From: Lama glama
Lineage: Eukaryota
Length of the DNA: 64,000 nt
Direction: 5' to 3'
NCBI GenBank assembly: GCA_028534125.1
Contig: CM052817.1
Span: 34,288,001-34,352,000 of the forward strand
Position 1 is the stretch's first letter. Each line of letters starts with the position of its first letter. Below, one piece after another: positions 1-12,515 of this stretch. The notes beneath the pieces were generated by a model. That model did no database searches. It saw only the letters and a list, made by a program, of their open reading frames with translations, and was not told where the DNA came from. The translations under genes were made by a program, and so were the position numbers.

Positions 1-250
1 CCACTGCTTGAGGAAAACAAAGCTAGATCCTTACCTCACTCCATATAAAAAAATAAATCCCCAATGGATTTAAGTGCATCAAAAGAAGGAAGATAATTTA
101 GAATTTGGGGTTAAGAATTGGGAAGACCTTCCCCAATATGATTTTAAAAACTTAGGAAATATTAAAAAAATAATAAAAGATAGGCCTATCCTCTGACTAT
201 ATAAACACTTCAAAAGCTTGTATAAAAAAAATATCCTACAAAGAGTTGGA
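1..250 (+). mobile_element. Old LINE-1 (L1M-type) ORF2 fragment
   Basis: agatccttacctcactccatataaaaaaataaatccccaatggatt resembles the L1 ORF2 3' part. Confidence 0.6.
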
Positions 251-712
251 CTACTTTTTGGTGCCAATGATTTTTAGATAATTTCACTCACTGAATTCAG
301 GCAAAAGCGATCATTCAAAAGGGTAGTGTTGGATCTGAGGTTCGGACGCTGTACGGACAGCATAAACATTATCAAAAACAATAAATATGCCCCAGACTTT
401 CCTGCACTGCGAGGTCGGGCCCCTGTCTCAGGATCTCTTACCACCTGATTTTCATGGTTGGTGATTCTAGCAGGCCCGGGGATTCCTCCAGGGCCACAAA
501 TACTGTTAGAGTACCTATCACGTGTCTCTCAGTCCATGTTTTCAGAATCTCAGAAGTGCTCGGAATAGAACGTGAGTGGGCGTGCGCATGAATTACTTGT
601 GTAATGGAGAAGTGGAGGGGAGAAGCAATTACACCTCAAGCCAGAAATAGTCACCCTCAAAACAGTTGGGATAGTATTATACCATTGTATTTTTTTTTTT
701 ACTAAGAATACA

Positions 713-718
713 TTTATT
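713..718 (-). terminator. Distal poly(A) signal AATAAA
   Basis: tttatt on + strand ~195 nt beyond the ATTAAA. Confidence 0.55.
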
Positions 719-889
719 GGATTATAAAGTATATAAACATTTTATGAAAATATCCTTTATAAGAAGAATAAGGGAACCAATGAAAATAAAAAACAGCCAC
801 CTGGAGATGATGTCTGAGTCCCCCGCCTCCAGCTTAGAAGTGAGAGAAGTGACAGGGACAGTCACGCAATCTTGCAAAGGGATTCCTTC

Positions 890-2343
890 ATTTTTCACTT
901 TTTTTTTTTAATAAAATGGCAACAACTGCTAAAAGCATTATGACCTTTGTTATGCTACATAATACTGATACAAAATGTGAATAGTACAAAGTTCATTATA
1001 ATATAAGGTTTTAATATATTACATTTGTTTCTACATAAACAGACTATAAATATATGTGCCATAGCATGTTTTATAGTCATGGTTCCCAGCATCTCACACT
1101 ATGGTACCAAACGAAAAATACGTTTTCTTTTTTAAAAAGGAAAGAACAAGGGCAGAAACCAGTAGAAACAGCTTTACATGTTAAAAGTCTAAATAATACA
1201 AGATGTTTATAACTTTGGCTACACAATAACTGTGAAATCTGGCTAATAATTACTCGGAGGGTGAACAAAACCAAATTGGCTTTTACTAGGGTGTAGAGGC
1301 CAAAGTTCTAAAATACTGACTGGTTCAGTAAAATACTGAAGGGAGTGGAGAGGGGAGAAGGAACAAGAGAGTCAAATCCTTCCCAAAGCTTTGACACCAC
1401 AGCTTGACACAGACCTACTGCATTCAGGCTCAGACATGTCACATCAGGACAGATAAGTGCGTATCCGTCCAGAAGCCGGAGCTGGTTTATACAGCCAGAA
1501 ACCTTTGCCACGCCAGGGAGCTTCCATCTGCATGTCCTCTCTTTGTGCAGTTCTGAATCAAGGATCAGCCTGGGAGACAAGGAACCAGGGCTGCATCACT
1601 TCCTTCCTGGGGCTTGGCCAGGAGACACGTAAGAGTCCGGAAGGAACTCTCATTAGGAGTTTTTGGAAACAGCGCAGGGAACTCTGATTTGGCCCCAGTG
1701 GGAAGAGCACGCAATCTTCTAAAACCAGTCGCCTGTCTGAAGCCTTGACGGTTCCTAACAGACCCCACGCCCACCCCACCAGAGCCAGCACCAGGCACGC
1801 GGCGCTCTCTAAGCCAGCCAGCATCTTCCTTTCCATCCGTCCAAACCCGCCATGTAACACGTGGCTCGGGACCCACATCCTAAACAAAGCTTCTTACATG
1901 GACTCAGCCCTAAAAGTCTTTCCCATCTTCAACACCTAAAGCACTTCCATTGCCTGATTTATCGTCCAGGTGTCGACTCCCCAGGTACTGCTACTTCTTG
2001 GACGATGACGCCATGTCTTGAACATCTTTTGCTGTAACTCACGGGGAGACCCACAGTAGGGGGCATGATACATGCTTTTTAAATGAATGAAAAAAAAAAA
2101 GAATAAGGTCAACAATAGGGGAGAAGACACAAACACATTCTTGGGTCACAAGCATCTTCTCAGGAAATGCCTAGGAGACTGGCTCCCTGCAGTTCAGCAA
2201 GGTCTTTTTTTTTTCTTTTTTTTTTCTTTCTTGAAATGAAAATCAAATGTGGCTACTTCCTGGTGGTGGAAAGAACAACACTTGAAAATCTGAGCAGCAC
2301 CTCTCATGTGATTTCCAGGAAGGGGGGATGTAAGTGCCTCCTT
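890..2343 (-). other. KDR: KDR 3'UTR (3' end approximate)
   Basis: Follows the stop codon; AU-rich distal part ends at ATTAAA 912-907. Confidence 0.85.
907..912 (-). terminator. Proximal poly(A) signal ATTAAA
   Basis: tttaat on + strand at the end of the AU-rich 3'UTR block. Confidence 0.7.
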
Positions 2344-2566
2344 TTAAACAGGAGGAGCGCTCAGTGTGGTCCCAGACTCAGGCTGGAGAATCTGAGCTGC
2401 ACTGCCAGCTTGCGGTCCCATCTCCACCAGCTTTAAAAGTTCTGCCTCCTCGCTGGAGTACACGGTCGTGTCTGTGTCATCGGAGTGATACCCAGACTGA
2501 TAGTCGCTTGTCTGGTTTGAGCCTTCAGATGCCACAGACTCCTTGCTCTTGCTGGGCATCAGTCCA
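2344..2566 (-). CDS. KDR: KDR exon 30 coding part, 223 nt incl. TAA
   Basis: [73 protein letters not shown]. Confidence 0.98.
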
Positions 2567-4325
2567 CTGGGGAAGAAAGGGCAGCTAAGTGAGTTGGCAG
2601 AGAGAAGGTGGTTCTTTTGTATCTTACCCTAACCCCATCCCCAACCCCGTGTGGGCTGTAATCTTCCTGGAGACACCAGCCCCTGTCTCCACCACTTGTT
2701 AGTCAACATACCAGGTTAACTCAGACAATGTCTATTTTCAGGTACCAGCATGAATTTGTAGTTTCAGATAAGCCCTCTTATTCAGGTCCAAGTCTTTCAA
2801 GCCTGAGATGAGATGAAAGGCAGTTCTCCCGAGTTATGCAAAGGCTCCAACCAATGGAACATTTTTATAGCCTTGCAGATTGACAAGTTTGTATACAACG
2901 ATAGGAGCCAAAGGGCTCTTTCATGACGGGAAAGGAAATTGGGATGCTCTACAAGTCCATTGGTGCTTTCCCCCCACTGTCAATTAGGGGATTACAAGGC
3001 ATGTGGATGGTGTTAATAAAATTCTTAAGCAACTTTAATAAGTCAAATCATGTGTGTGCAATCAAGCCAGACATGTCAAAATTGCTCTTTACTCATCAAA
3101 CCCACATTCTTTGGAAGGAATGAGAACGTGGATCACTCAGCAGCAACCAGAGAACATTTTCAATGGCGTGGGATCGTGACAGATGGTAATCACGTCAAAG
3201 CTTAGAAAAAAGCTTAAAAAAGCTTTTTGTAGTTTAGTGTAGGTTGTATGAACCCTAAGCCATTTGGAGGTGTGGTGTTTTTTCCCCCCTTAATAGGTGT
3301 TTTAGCAAGTTATTCATGTTAAAAATTGCAAAAAAGGATTTTTATTAACTCTGTACTCATATACAGGTTAAAAGTTATTTCAAATAACTAGAAATACATT
3401 TTTTTCTTTCAATCAAATCTGAATCAAATGGACTTAAGTCTCAAATAATGGCGTGGTACACAGTCACTGCTGAAAGAATATACTTTGAATCAATGAATGA
3501 AATATGATTGGCTCTCACAATATCTTACTTTGGGCCCAAGGCAAATAATAAAATTGTACAATGAAGTGTTTTAATGTTTTGGGGGTTGTTTTTACACGAG
3601 CATCACTCAGTAACCAAGAGTGGTCCCATATTATCCAACAGTTAGATTATAAGTAGATCAAATTTTTTTTCTATTCTCACCTAGAGTAAACCTGCTAGCA
3701 AATAAATAACTACCCTGTATATTATTATTCTTACAAACATAGTGTCTCATTTATTTGTTAAGTTAAAAGCAGGTACATCTATGCAAAACAACTACAAATT
3801 CCTATGGAACTACATGGGGGAAATGATATTCAAAGCCAAGTTTAGTATTTTCCCCACAATTAAGTACTTAATAATCCAGTCAGCAGTATTTGATTACTTT
3901 AAACAAATAGATATTGGCTTATTTGTACATCATACTTCTTAAGAACAGATGCGCCCATTTCTGTACAAGTTTCAAAATTCTTCAGAGTCTGCAAAGATGT
4001 CAATCAACTCGGTAGTGTTAAGGATCACATCCAATGACCTCTTTGTTTTAAGCCAGTACCACACAAACCACTAACCATAGTAAAGATGCCCAGAAATTCC
4101 CTAGTATTCACAAATTCTCATAAAAATTGATCAAATCCTCTGATTTCAGATTCCTTTTTTAGTCTTGCCAGTTAATTTGATTTGGTTCCCCTCTTTCTTA
4201 GGTTGATGCCAGTTTGCCCAACGGACAGACACAAAGACGGAAAGCTCTGAACCTACACTGAAAGTCCTAAGTGCCTTCCAAAACCTTCTATGGAAATTTG
4301 TCTTTTCTCTTTAGCTGAGCCTTAC

Positions 4326-4411
4326 CTAAAAGATGGGGCTAATTTGGTTCTGTCTTCCAGGGTTTTCAGCTCTTCGGATGCAAGAACCATTCCACTGTCC
4401 GTCTGGTTGTC
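4326..4411 (-). CDS. KDR: KDR exon 29, 86 nt
   Basis: [28 protein letters not shown]; donor GTAAGG. Confidence 0.96.
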
Positions 4412-4919
4412 CTTTTTTAAGAGACAATGAGATGGCACAGTTGATTGAGCTTGTCCACTGACCAACTCCTTAATTAAACTGATTTCCTAACCCATCTATC
4501 GGACCACATTCCGAAGTTCTGTAGAGGGAGGAAAAGGTATCGTGACCCAAGAACCATGCAGGCTACAGGAGGAAGCAACTGCTTCCAAGAAATAGACCCA
4601 GGCCTGGAAGAAGAGAGGCACTTAGGATGAAGGAGCTGAGAAGACCCGTTTCCTTCCCTCTTTCCACAAGGATACTATTCACACTTGAGTGGAAGTGGGC
4701 ATGAGCCTGGACTGTCTGGAACCTTCTGCCAGGGGCTTCACTTATGGAAAAACCAAGGGGGCCCAAGAAGTTCCATGTCTATAATGACCCCATGACACAC
4801 GCCCTCAAGGACAGCCTTATAACGAGGCTCCAAGACTCTAATGCTTAGGCTAATATTTATCTAGCTAACGTTTCATCTTCTGTATTATTCCTGAGACTAT
4901 TTTTAAAAGATGTACTTAC

Positions 4920-5019
4920 ATCTGGGATTACTTTTACTTCTGGTTCTTCCAACGGGATATCTTCAAATGTTTTTACACTCACAGGCCGGCTCTTTCGCTT
5001 ACTGCTCTGCAGATACTGA
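4920..5019 (-). CDS. KDR: KDR exon 28, 100 nt
   Basis: [33 protein letters not shown]; donor GTAAGT. Confidence 0.97.
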
Positions 5020-6294
5020 CTGCAAAAGAACAAATATTTATATTTGAGTGGTGGTATATTTGGCTACAGATCCCACAAGAGATACCTAAGTTCATTATCT
5101 TTCAACCACAAGTTTAATAGCCACCTTCAAAACATCCTCTGGAAAAAGAAAAACCAAACCAAACAAAAATCTTTCTCTGCCTGCACACACACTGAAGGCT
5201 TAATTTCCTGTGAAAGTCCATTTAAAAGTATAATATAACTGAAGGGCCTAGAAGAGCCGCTTTTCCTTTGAATCATACTTCTGAGGTCCAGGCCTGGACT
5301 GAAGACAACACAAGCAGACTCAAGATCAGCTGCCTTCTGCTTGGCTTCCTGATTGCCTGCGATTCCTCCACTGAGCTCCCTGCATATTACCGAGCGTTGC
5401 ACGTCTCTCTGGCCATCTTCTAGGCAAGTTGTGCTAGACAATGCTCACAGAGCAACCATTCAATGAAAGATGGCCAGAGGAAACACCTGCAGAGCTCACT
5501 GAGTCTCACCTGGGTTCAGTAAAGGATGCTGAACCCAAAAGGGTCTGGAGACAATCTTCTCATTCTCCAAGTAACAGAAGTTTACTGGGTGGAAGGGAGG
5601 TGGGCTGAGTCTCACAGTCTCCTGTGTTCAGCTCACAGAGTTGGGGCTGTAGTTTGAGAGTTGCGAGATAGTTTGCCTGTTTCTAAGTCTATCCCGGAAG
5701 ACACAGATTTGGGAAAGTCATTAATTATTTCTATATCTCTGTTGCCCCATCTTTAAAAGGTACTGGCAATAGCTTTCCTTCCCTTTCTCACAAAGATACC
5801 TGGAGGATGACTGACGTGATTAATGGTGGATGGTAAGTGGGCCTTAGAGCGACACGCCATCAAAGCTTGTTTTCCTCCTTTGCATTTCAAAGGGTACCAG
5901 TTTCTTTCAGGAGTCCAAAGAACAGGACTTGTCAAACATCACATCACCTGTTCCCTAGGAGAGCTCCTTCCCTGCCATGTGGCTTTGGGTGAGTCTGAGT
6001 GATTCTGTTAAAATCAGCCCAAGTGGAGAGAAGGAAGTCCTTTCCCAGGAAGGGACAGCAAATTCACTCTTCACTCTTATCCCAGTGTACTTCGATAACG
6101 GAAGCCCAGTCTCCCTTCCCTGCCCCAGGAGGCTGGTTCCTCCTCTTACATAGAAGAGAGTAAGGCTCACCAGTGACGTCCTCACTCAGGAAACTCCACA
6201 GGACAGAGAACATGATATACAAGAAGAGAGAAGCACCTACTTCTACGTCCAGTCCCTGAAAGTGGTGACTATCAAAATGTATTGGTACTGTAGT

Positions 6295-6490
6295 CAATCA
6301 TTCATTCATTCACTTATCCAGGAATCCTTTACTGAAACTCCCCCACGTGCCAGGCACTGTGTTAAGTGCTCCTCAACCACTGTCTCATGCGTCCCCACAA
6401 ACGGGGCCTCTCTAGGGATGGCTATTATTCTCCCAACTTCAGATAAGGAACTGAGGCATAGAAAGGCTAAGGAGCTTGTCCAAAATCACC
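6295..6490 (-). mobile_element. MIR/L2 fragment
   Basis: cattcattcattca...gtgccaggcactgtgttaagtgc...cagataaggaactgaggcatagaaaggctaag. Confidence 0.6.
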
Positions 6491-9400
6491 TATTGGAATA
6501 TCTGAATTATTATCTTGAGGCCAATGAGCAGCCGCTGAAGAATTTTAAGCAGGAGATTGACAAAGTCAGCTATGCCCTTTAGAAAGATGACTCTGGGTTG
6601 AGGAGGGTAAGACCAGAGGCCATGAGACCCATGAGGGGGTGGTTTCACTAATCTAGGAGGAGGAGGAGTGGCCTGACTAAAGAAAGGTGATGCCCACAGG
6701 GTCTGGAGGAGTAGACAGATCCCAGAGGTATCTGGGATGTAGCATCAGCTGGAGTTGGTGAGCTGGGACAGTCATGCGGCTGCCCTAGAACAGCCAGCTC
6801 CTTCCTTTCTGAGCCCAGTAATTCCCAACACTGCTTGGCCCTTCAGAGTTGACAGGACATTTTCATGGACATCGTTGCATCTGCTCTTCAGAAAACTACA
6901 AAACAGGGCTTATTATTATTATTATTTCCTATCTGGAGATGAGGAAGCTAGGCCTTAGGGAGGAAATGGCCAGAACAGGGACTCAAACTTAAGTCTTCAG
7001 ACTCTGAAGCCCACGTGGGGTTGGCTTTGTTTGTTTTCACCTTATTCCACATGGACTCCCTTGGACAAGCATCAGGAAGAGGAGGAAGAAGAGAGCAGTG
7101 GGTATGACTATGCAAGTCTTTATGAAGCACCGAGTGTGCGCCCAGCCCTGCTCTCACCCACGTGTGCACTGACAGCGCAGTGAGAGAGGGTGGGGGGGAG
7201 GGGGACCGTGGGCTGTGAGACAGACAAAGGGTGGAGAAAGGACAGCTTCACTTCAAGCAGTTTAATATGAGAGCCAAATTCAGGGACATCTAGCCAACAG
7301 GCCGTCTCAGGCATCAATCTACAGGGACCATTTAAATCATCACTAGCAATTAACCAAAATGAAAAAAAAAAAAGATATGTGCCAGAACCTTTCTTTGGGA
7401 GAGAACTGAAAAGAAATCTTTGATAAGCTGCTTGGAGTGGGAGGTGAAACTCCCAGGAGAAATGGTGGAGCAACCGCAGATGGTCCCCAAACTGCCCTCC
7501 AAGAAAGATGAGTCCAATAAAGATGTGTTTTCTTGCAAGAAGCATGCAAACCTGGGGCTAGAGCTGATCCACAGGGGAAATTAGAGACGAAGCTAAGTCT
7601 AGACACTAGTGGGCCTTCCTCTTCACCCTTCCCCCACCTACCACTCAGCCTCTTCTCTAAATACATGCTGAACAAATATTTTTAAAATAGTTTAAAGGGG
7701 CAAAAAATCATGAGGTCGGCTCCCACTGTGATGTCTCTGTCCAGCTCTATTTATAACACAATGAAACTGAAAATTATAAGGAGGAAGCAAGTGAGAGACT
7801 CCTTGGCTTTTCTCCTTGACAGGAAATGTGAAAGATGAGTGAACAAGTCCCCTGAGAGTCACCCCAGCCTCACCTCTTCCTCCCCAGGGAAGCAGGACCA
7901 CAAGAGAGCATCAAAATGAAATGTGCCGTGTGCAGACGCCTCGATCTTGCCTTTCATTTAACCCAGATGATTAAAATGTGACCATGGTCTCTTATTTTTA
8001 TAAAAAGGGGGAAAGGTGGAGGGGGTTAAGTGGGGAAGCAGACATAAGGCTCTGATTTCCATTTTATTTTTCAAATTATGGCTGGATAAAAGAGAAACTG
8101 GACTGGAAAGACCAATTCGAAAATCACAGACAGAAAATCAGAGCCAGGCCTATGTTGGGAGGGTGGTGTCACATTTGTCCACGCTTTTGGGGATAAATGC
8201 TAGCAGCCCTGTTCCAGAGCCAGCCTCACATTTGGCACTTCCATTACACACGCATGACTTCATCGACTCTCGGCACCATATGCAAAGCGCCCGAGTGAGC
8301 CAAGAGGCTGCCGGCTTGGGTCCTCACCCCACCTGGTCACAGAAAACCCAAGGAACATAGCTCATGATCGAATGGCATTGCGATAAAGCAGAAGGTAATG
8401 GTGCTGTGGGAATCATTACCACGCCGGAAGGCCAGCTGAACTTGAACTAGGACTTTTTAAATGTGGGAGTGGAATGATGGGTTTTCATTTCATTACTTTT
8501 TCTCTTTGAGGCCTCCTCCATGGTATGGAGTTAGATATCAGAGGAACTGGATTCATCCCAGGGATGTGAATTTAACAGCTCACTTAATAGCTATCCCTGA
8601 TTGAGTCGTCTCCAGGTGCCAGACACTCAGAAATTCATTATACAATGTAATCCTCAAAGTACTCATTTTTGTACAACACCAGCATCCTGGCCTGGCTCAC
8701 AGTGAAGATTTGTGCCAGGTCACAGCTGCAAAGAGCAGATTGGGAACCCAACCCAGTTCTCTCTAACTCTAAAATCTGGACCTTTAACCACAGTGTTGTA
8801 TTCTCCCCGGGTAACTGATCTGAGCCTCGTGTTTAACATCCACATCATAAAAGATAACAGTTTCTACCTTGCCCAGTGCTGGCCACATCTGATAACACAA
8901 GGAAAAGTTCTTGGGAAAAAGCTGAGAGTTCTTGACACAAACGGAATGGGCAGCTCACTAGTTGGCTTCTAACGGCTCGGAGCTTTCTCCTGTCTCATGA
9001 CAGTGTCCCTGCTGTCCTCTCTGTGTGCCTCCATGAGCCCAACTCTCCAGGGTGACTCCCACCTGCCACCCGGCAACCTGGCCAAGTGCTGGAGCCCCGT
9101 GCCCCTCCCTACAGCCCCAGCACACACGGCAGGGGGCGGCCAGGCTGGGCCCACGCTGTCAGGGGTCCGGTTGCAGGAGGAAAACACCCAAAGGGGTGGG
9201 AACAGCAACAAAGCAAAGTGAAGTAGTCCCAGGCTTAGTAAAAGGCAATTTTAATACCGTATTGTAGAAGCCAGTTCAACTCTCTCCTTATGCACAGGTG
9301 CTGGGAGAGAATAAAAGAAAGCTGCCTTTACAAACCCCGCTACTTATCAGGAAAACACTGCAGTGCATATGTTTTAAATAAGCCCAGAAGTTCCATTATG

Positions 9401-9790
9401 CAAATAAAATGCTGAAAATCAGACTTGGGAGGGGCTTCTAAAGATGCACTGTCCAGTCTAATTCAGGATGCATCCCCGTGGCATCCTGTATCCTAGCCAG
9501 AGAGGCAGAAGTGTGTTTTCATAGATGCAAAAAACTCTTCCTTCCTGAATCTTTCCTAAGCTATTTAATTCATATTAATAAAAGAGTACATGGGGATAAT
9601 TTAAATACAGATGTCTTTGTAAAACTGGTCTCTTTTGCTGGAGATTAACAAACCGTGGCATTCCAGTTATTTGCAGCTGCAGGGCCTAGGATTCTGAAAG
9701 GAAGAGCTTCAGCAGCAATGTGGACCACAGATGGAGGGATACTCACCTACCCAGACCCTCTTCAAGGAGCACTTCTCAGGGTGAAGGTTA

Positions 9791-10093
<303 letters not shown>

Positions 10094-10844
10094 TCAGTCC
10101 TTCAAGAGCCTTTTCATGAAAAACAAAGGCCATGGGGGCTTCTTGTTTATGGGGAACGTGGCTTTCATAGCTGAAGGCAAAACTTTAAGACGACTTTAAA
10201 AATGGCTTGTCAAAAACAGAAGGGCACTTGAAAGGGACGTGTATATGAAAGGATATTAAAGGAACTAACAATAACCAAGATGGGTAAGGGGACCACAGAG
10301 AGAGATGGCTACAACGAACATGCGGAGCTGGGAAATCATTTCTTCACCAAGTCCTGTCGACAGGAGCCAGGTCCTTGAAAGGGCATGTCATCCAGTTTTA
10401 GCCTCTACACTCCAAGGCAATGGGAAGACTGATGACAGTCTAAAGAAAAGCAATAAATGTGCAGGGAAATGGGTCTTCCAAGAAAAGGCTGCACAACTTT
10501 AACATTATTTCATCAAGAGAAAGAAAGAAAGGGCAATTTGATGCCGTTAAATGTCTGGAAGGTTTATTGATAAAGACAGGTTTGACCCATTGTCCCCCAG
10601 CTGGTCAAAAGCAGGAGGATATTGGTTTCTATTCACTGTAGTAAGAGGTGGTGACTAGAGATTAAAAACTTCCTAATGCGAAAGGCTACATCTCTAAAAT
10701 CCTCCAGTGGAAGTTACGGAAGCCTGGGATTTTATCAAGGAAAAAAGCCATCTATTTTGCAGGGTTCAAATGTATTTTTGCCTGAAGAATGTATTTAAAA
10801 TTCCTTGAAATTCTGTCCATTGGAGATACCCGGTGTATCAACTA

Positions 10845-10880
10845 GGTTTTGGTTTTGGTTTTGGTTTTGGTTTTGGTTTT
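10845..10880. repeat. (GGTTTT)6 perfect hexanucleotide repeat
   Basis: Direct inspection. Confidence 0.95.
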
Positions 10881-11100
10881 TATGAATATGAGATACACTC
10901 TTCTAAAGTTAAAATACATCAATATTTTATCAAATGTATACATCAGTATGTATTTTTACTGGTTACCAAAATACACATTGGTAAAAATAAAAGTGATCAG
11001 CTCCCAGGTTTGAAGTAGGATCTCATCTCTCTAAAGGGTAATTATAGCTTTTAGAGAAGCATTACTGCTCCGATTGGGAAGAATTGTAGCTCCCTGTGCA

Positions 11101-11147
11101 GTGGCTGAGAGGCTGGCGTGGTGGCTGAGAGGCTGGCGTGGTGGCTG
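11101..11147. repeat. 20-bp tandem duplication GTGGCTGAGAGGCTGGCGTG x2.35
   Basis: Direct inspection; perfect copies. Confidence 0.95.
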
Positions 11148-11159
11148 TGAGAAGGTCTA

Positions 11160-11417
<258 letters not shown>

Positions 11418-11731
11418 CTAAAAAGTCCACTGTGATGGTAAATAGAGATAGGAAACTGGGTAAGACACAGAGCCCTACACTTGGAGCATCACGTGTGTAG
11501 AGAAAAGGAGACGTTATAAATCAACATCCAATAAAAACTGACTGGCTGGTAGAGATAAAGTGCTGTCATTTCAAGAAGGATGACTCTGTACTTGACATTA
11601 TCAAAGAAGACCTCAAGGGAGAAGTAAGACACAAGCTGGGCCACGAAGGAGGTTTATATAACAGACAGTCTTCTCAGCAGGGCGACTTTTTGTGAGCAAA
11701 GAAGGATAGGAACATGCCAGTAAAGTCTTAC

Positions 11732-11831
11732 ATTTCTGGTGTGGTGTAATCAGGGGCTCTCATCCGAGTTCCTTCTTTCAATCGCCTACAAAATTCCTCA
11801 TCAATCTTTACTCCAGGATATGGAGAAGCAC
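11732..11831 (-). CDS. KDR: KDR exon 25, 100 nt
   Basis: [34 protein letters not shown]; donor GTAAGA. Confidence 0.98.
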
Positions 11832-12072
11832 CTAGAATAAAACAGGAATGGGACATGACGGATTGGATTTTTCTCTTGCAGAACGCCCTGAGCCTGATTC
11901 CTGATTCTGGAACACCTTCTTCCCATACATACCTCTTTTCCTTCCTTTCTCTTTGCTTTTCTTTTCTTTCTTTTTTTTACATTTTACAACCCAAAGCCTC
12001 CAAGTAAGTTTCACTCAATAAAGGCAGAATACAGGCAAGGGAAAAGCACACTGGAGCCACAGACATTTATCA

Positions 12073-12228
<156 letters not shown>

Positions 12229-12266
12229 CTATGGGCGTAGGGAACAAGGGGTGAGAACCCAACTCA

Positions 12267-12515
<249 letters not shown>

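Noticed and set aside
3198..3228. Three AAGCTT palindromes spaced by A-runs
   Set aside because: Short slippage-type tandem repeat with no sign of function
10845..10880. (GGTTTT)6 as an interstitial telomeric repeat
   Set aside because: Not TTAGGG; an ordinary microsatellite
11101..11147. Direct repeats as a possible CRISPR-like array
   Set aside because: Spacerless tandem duplication in a mammalian intron
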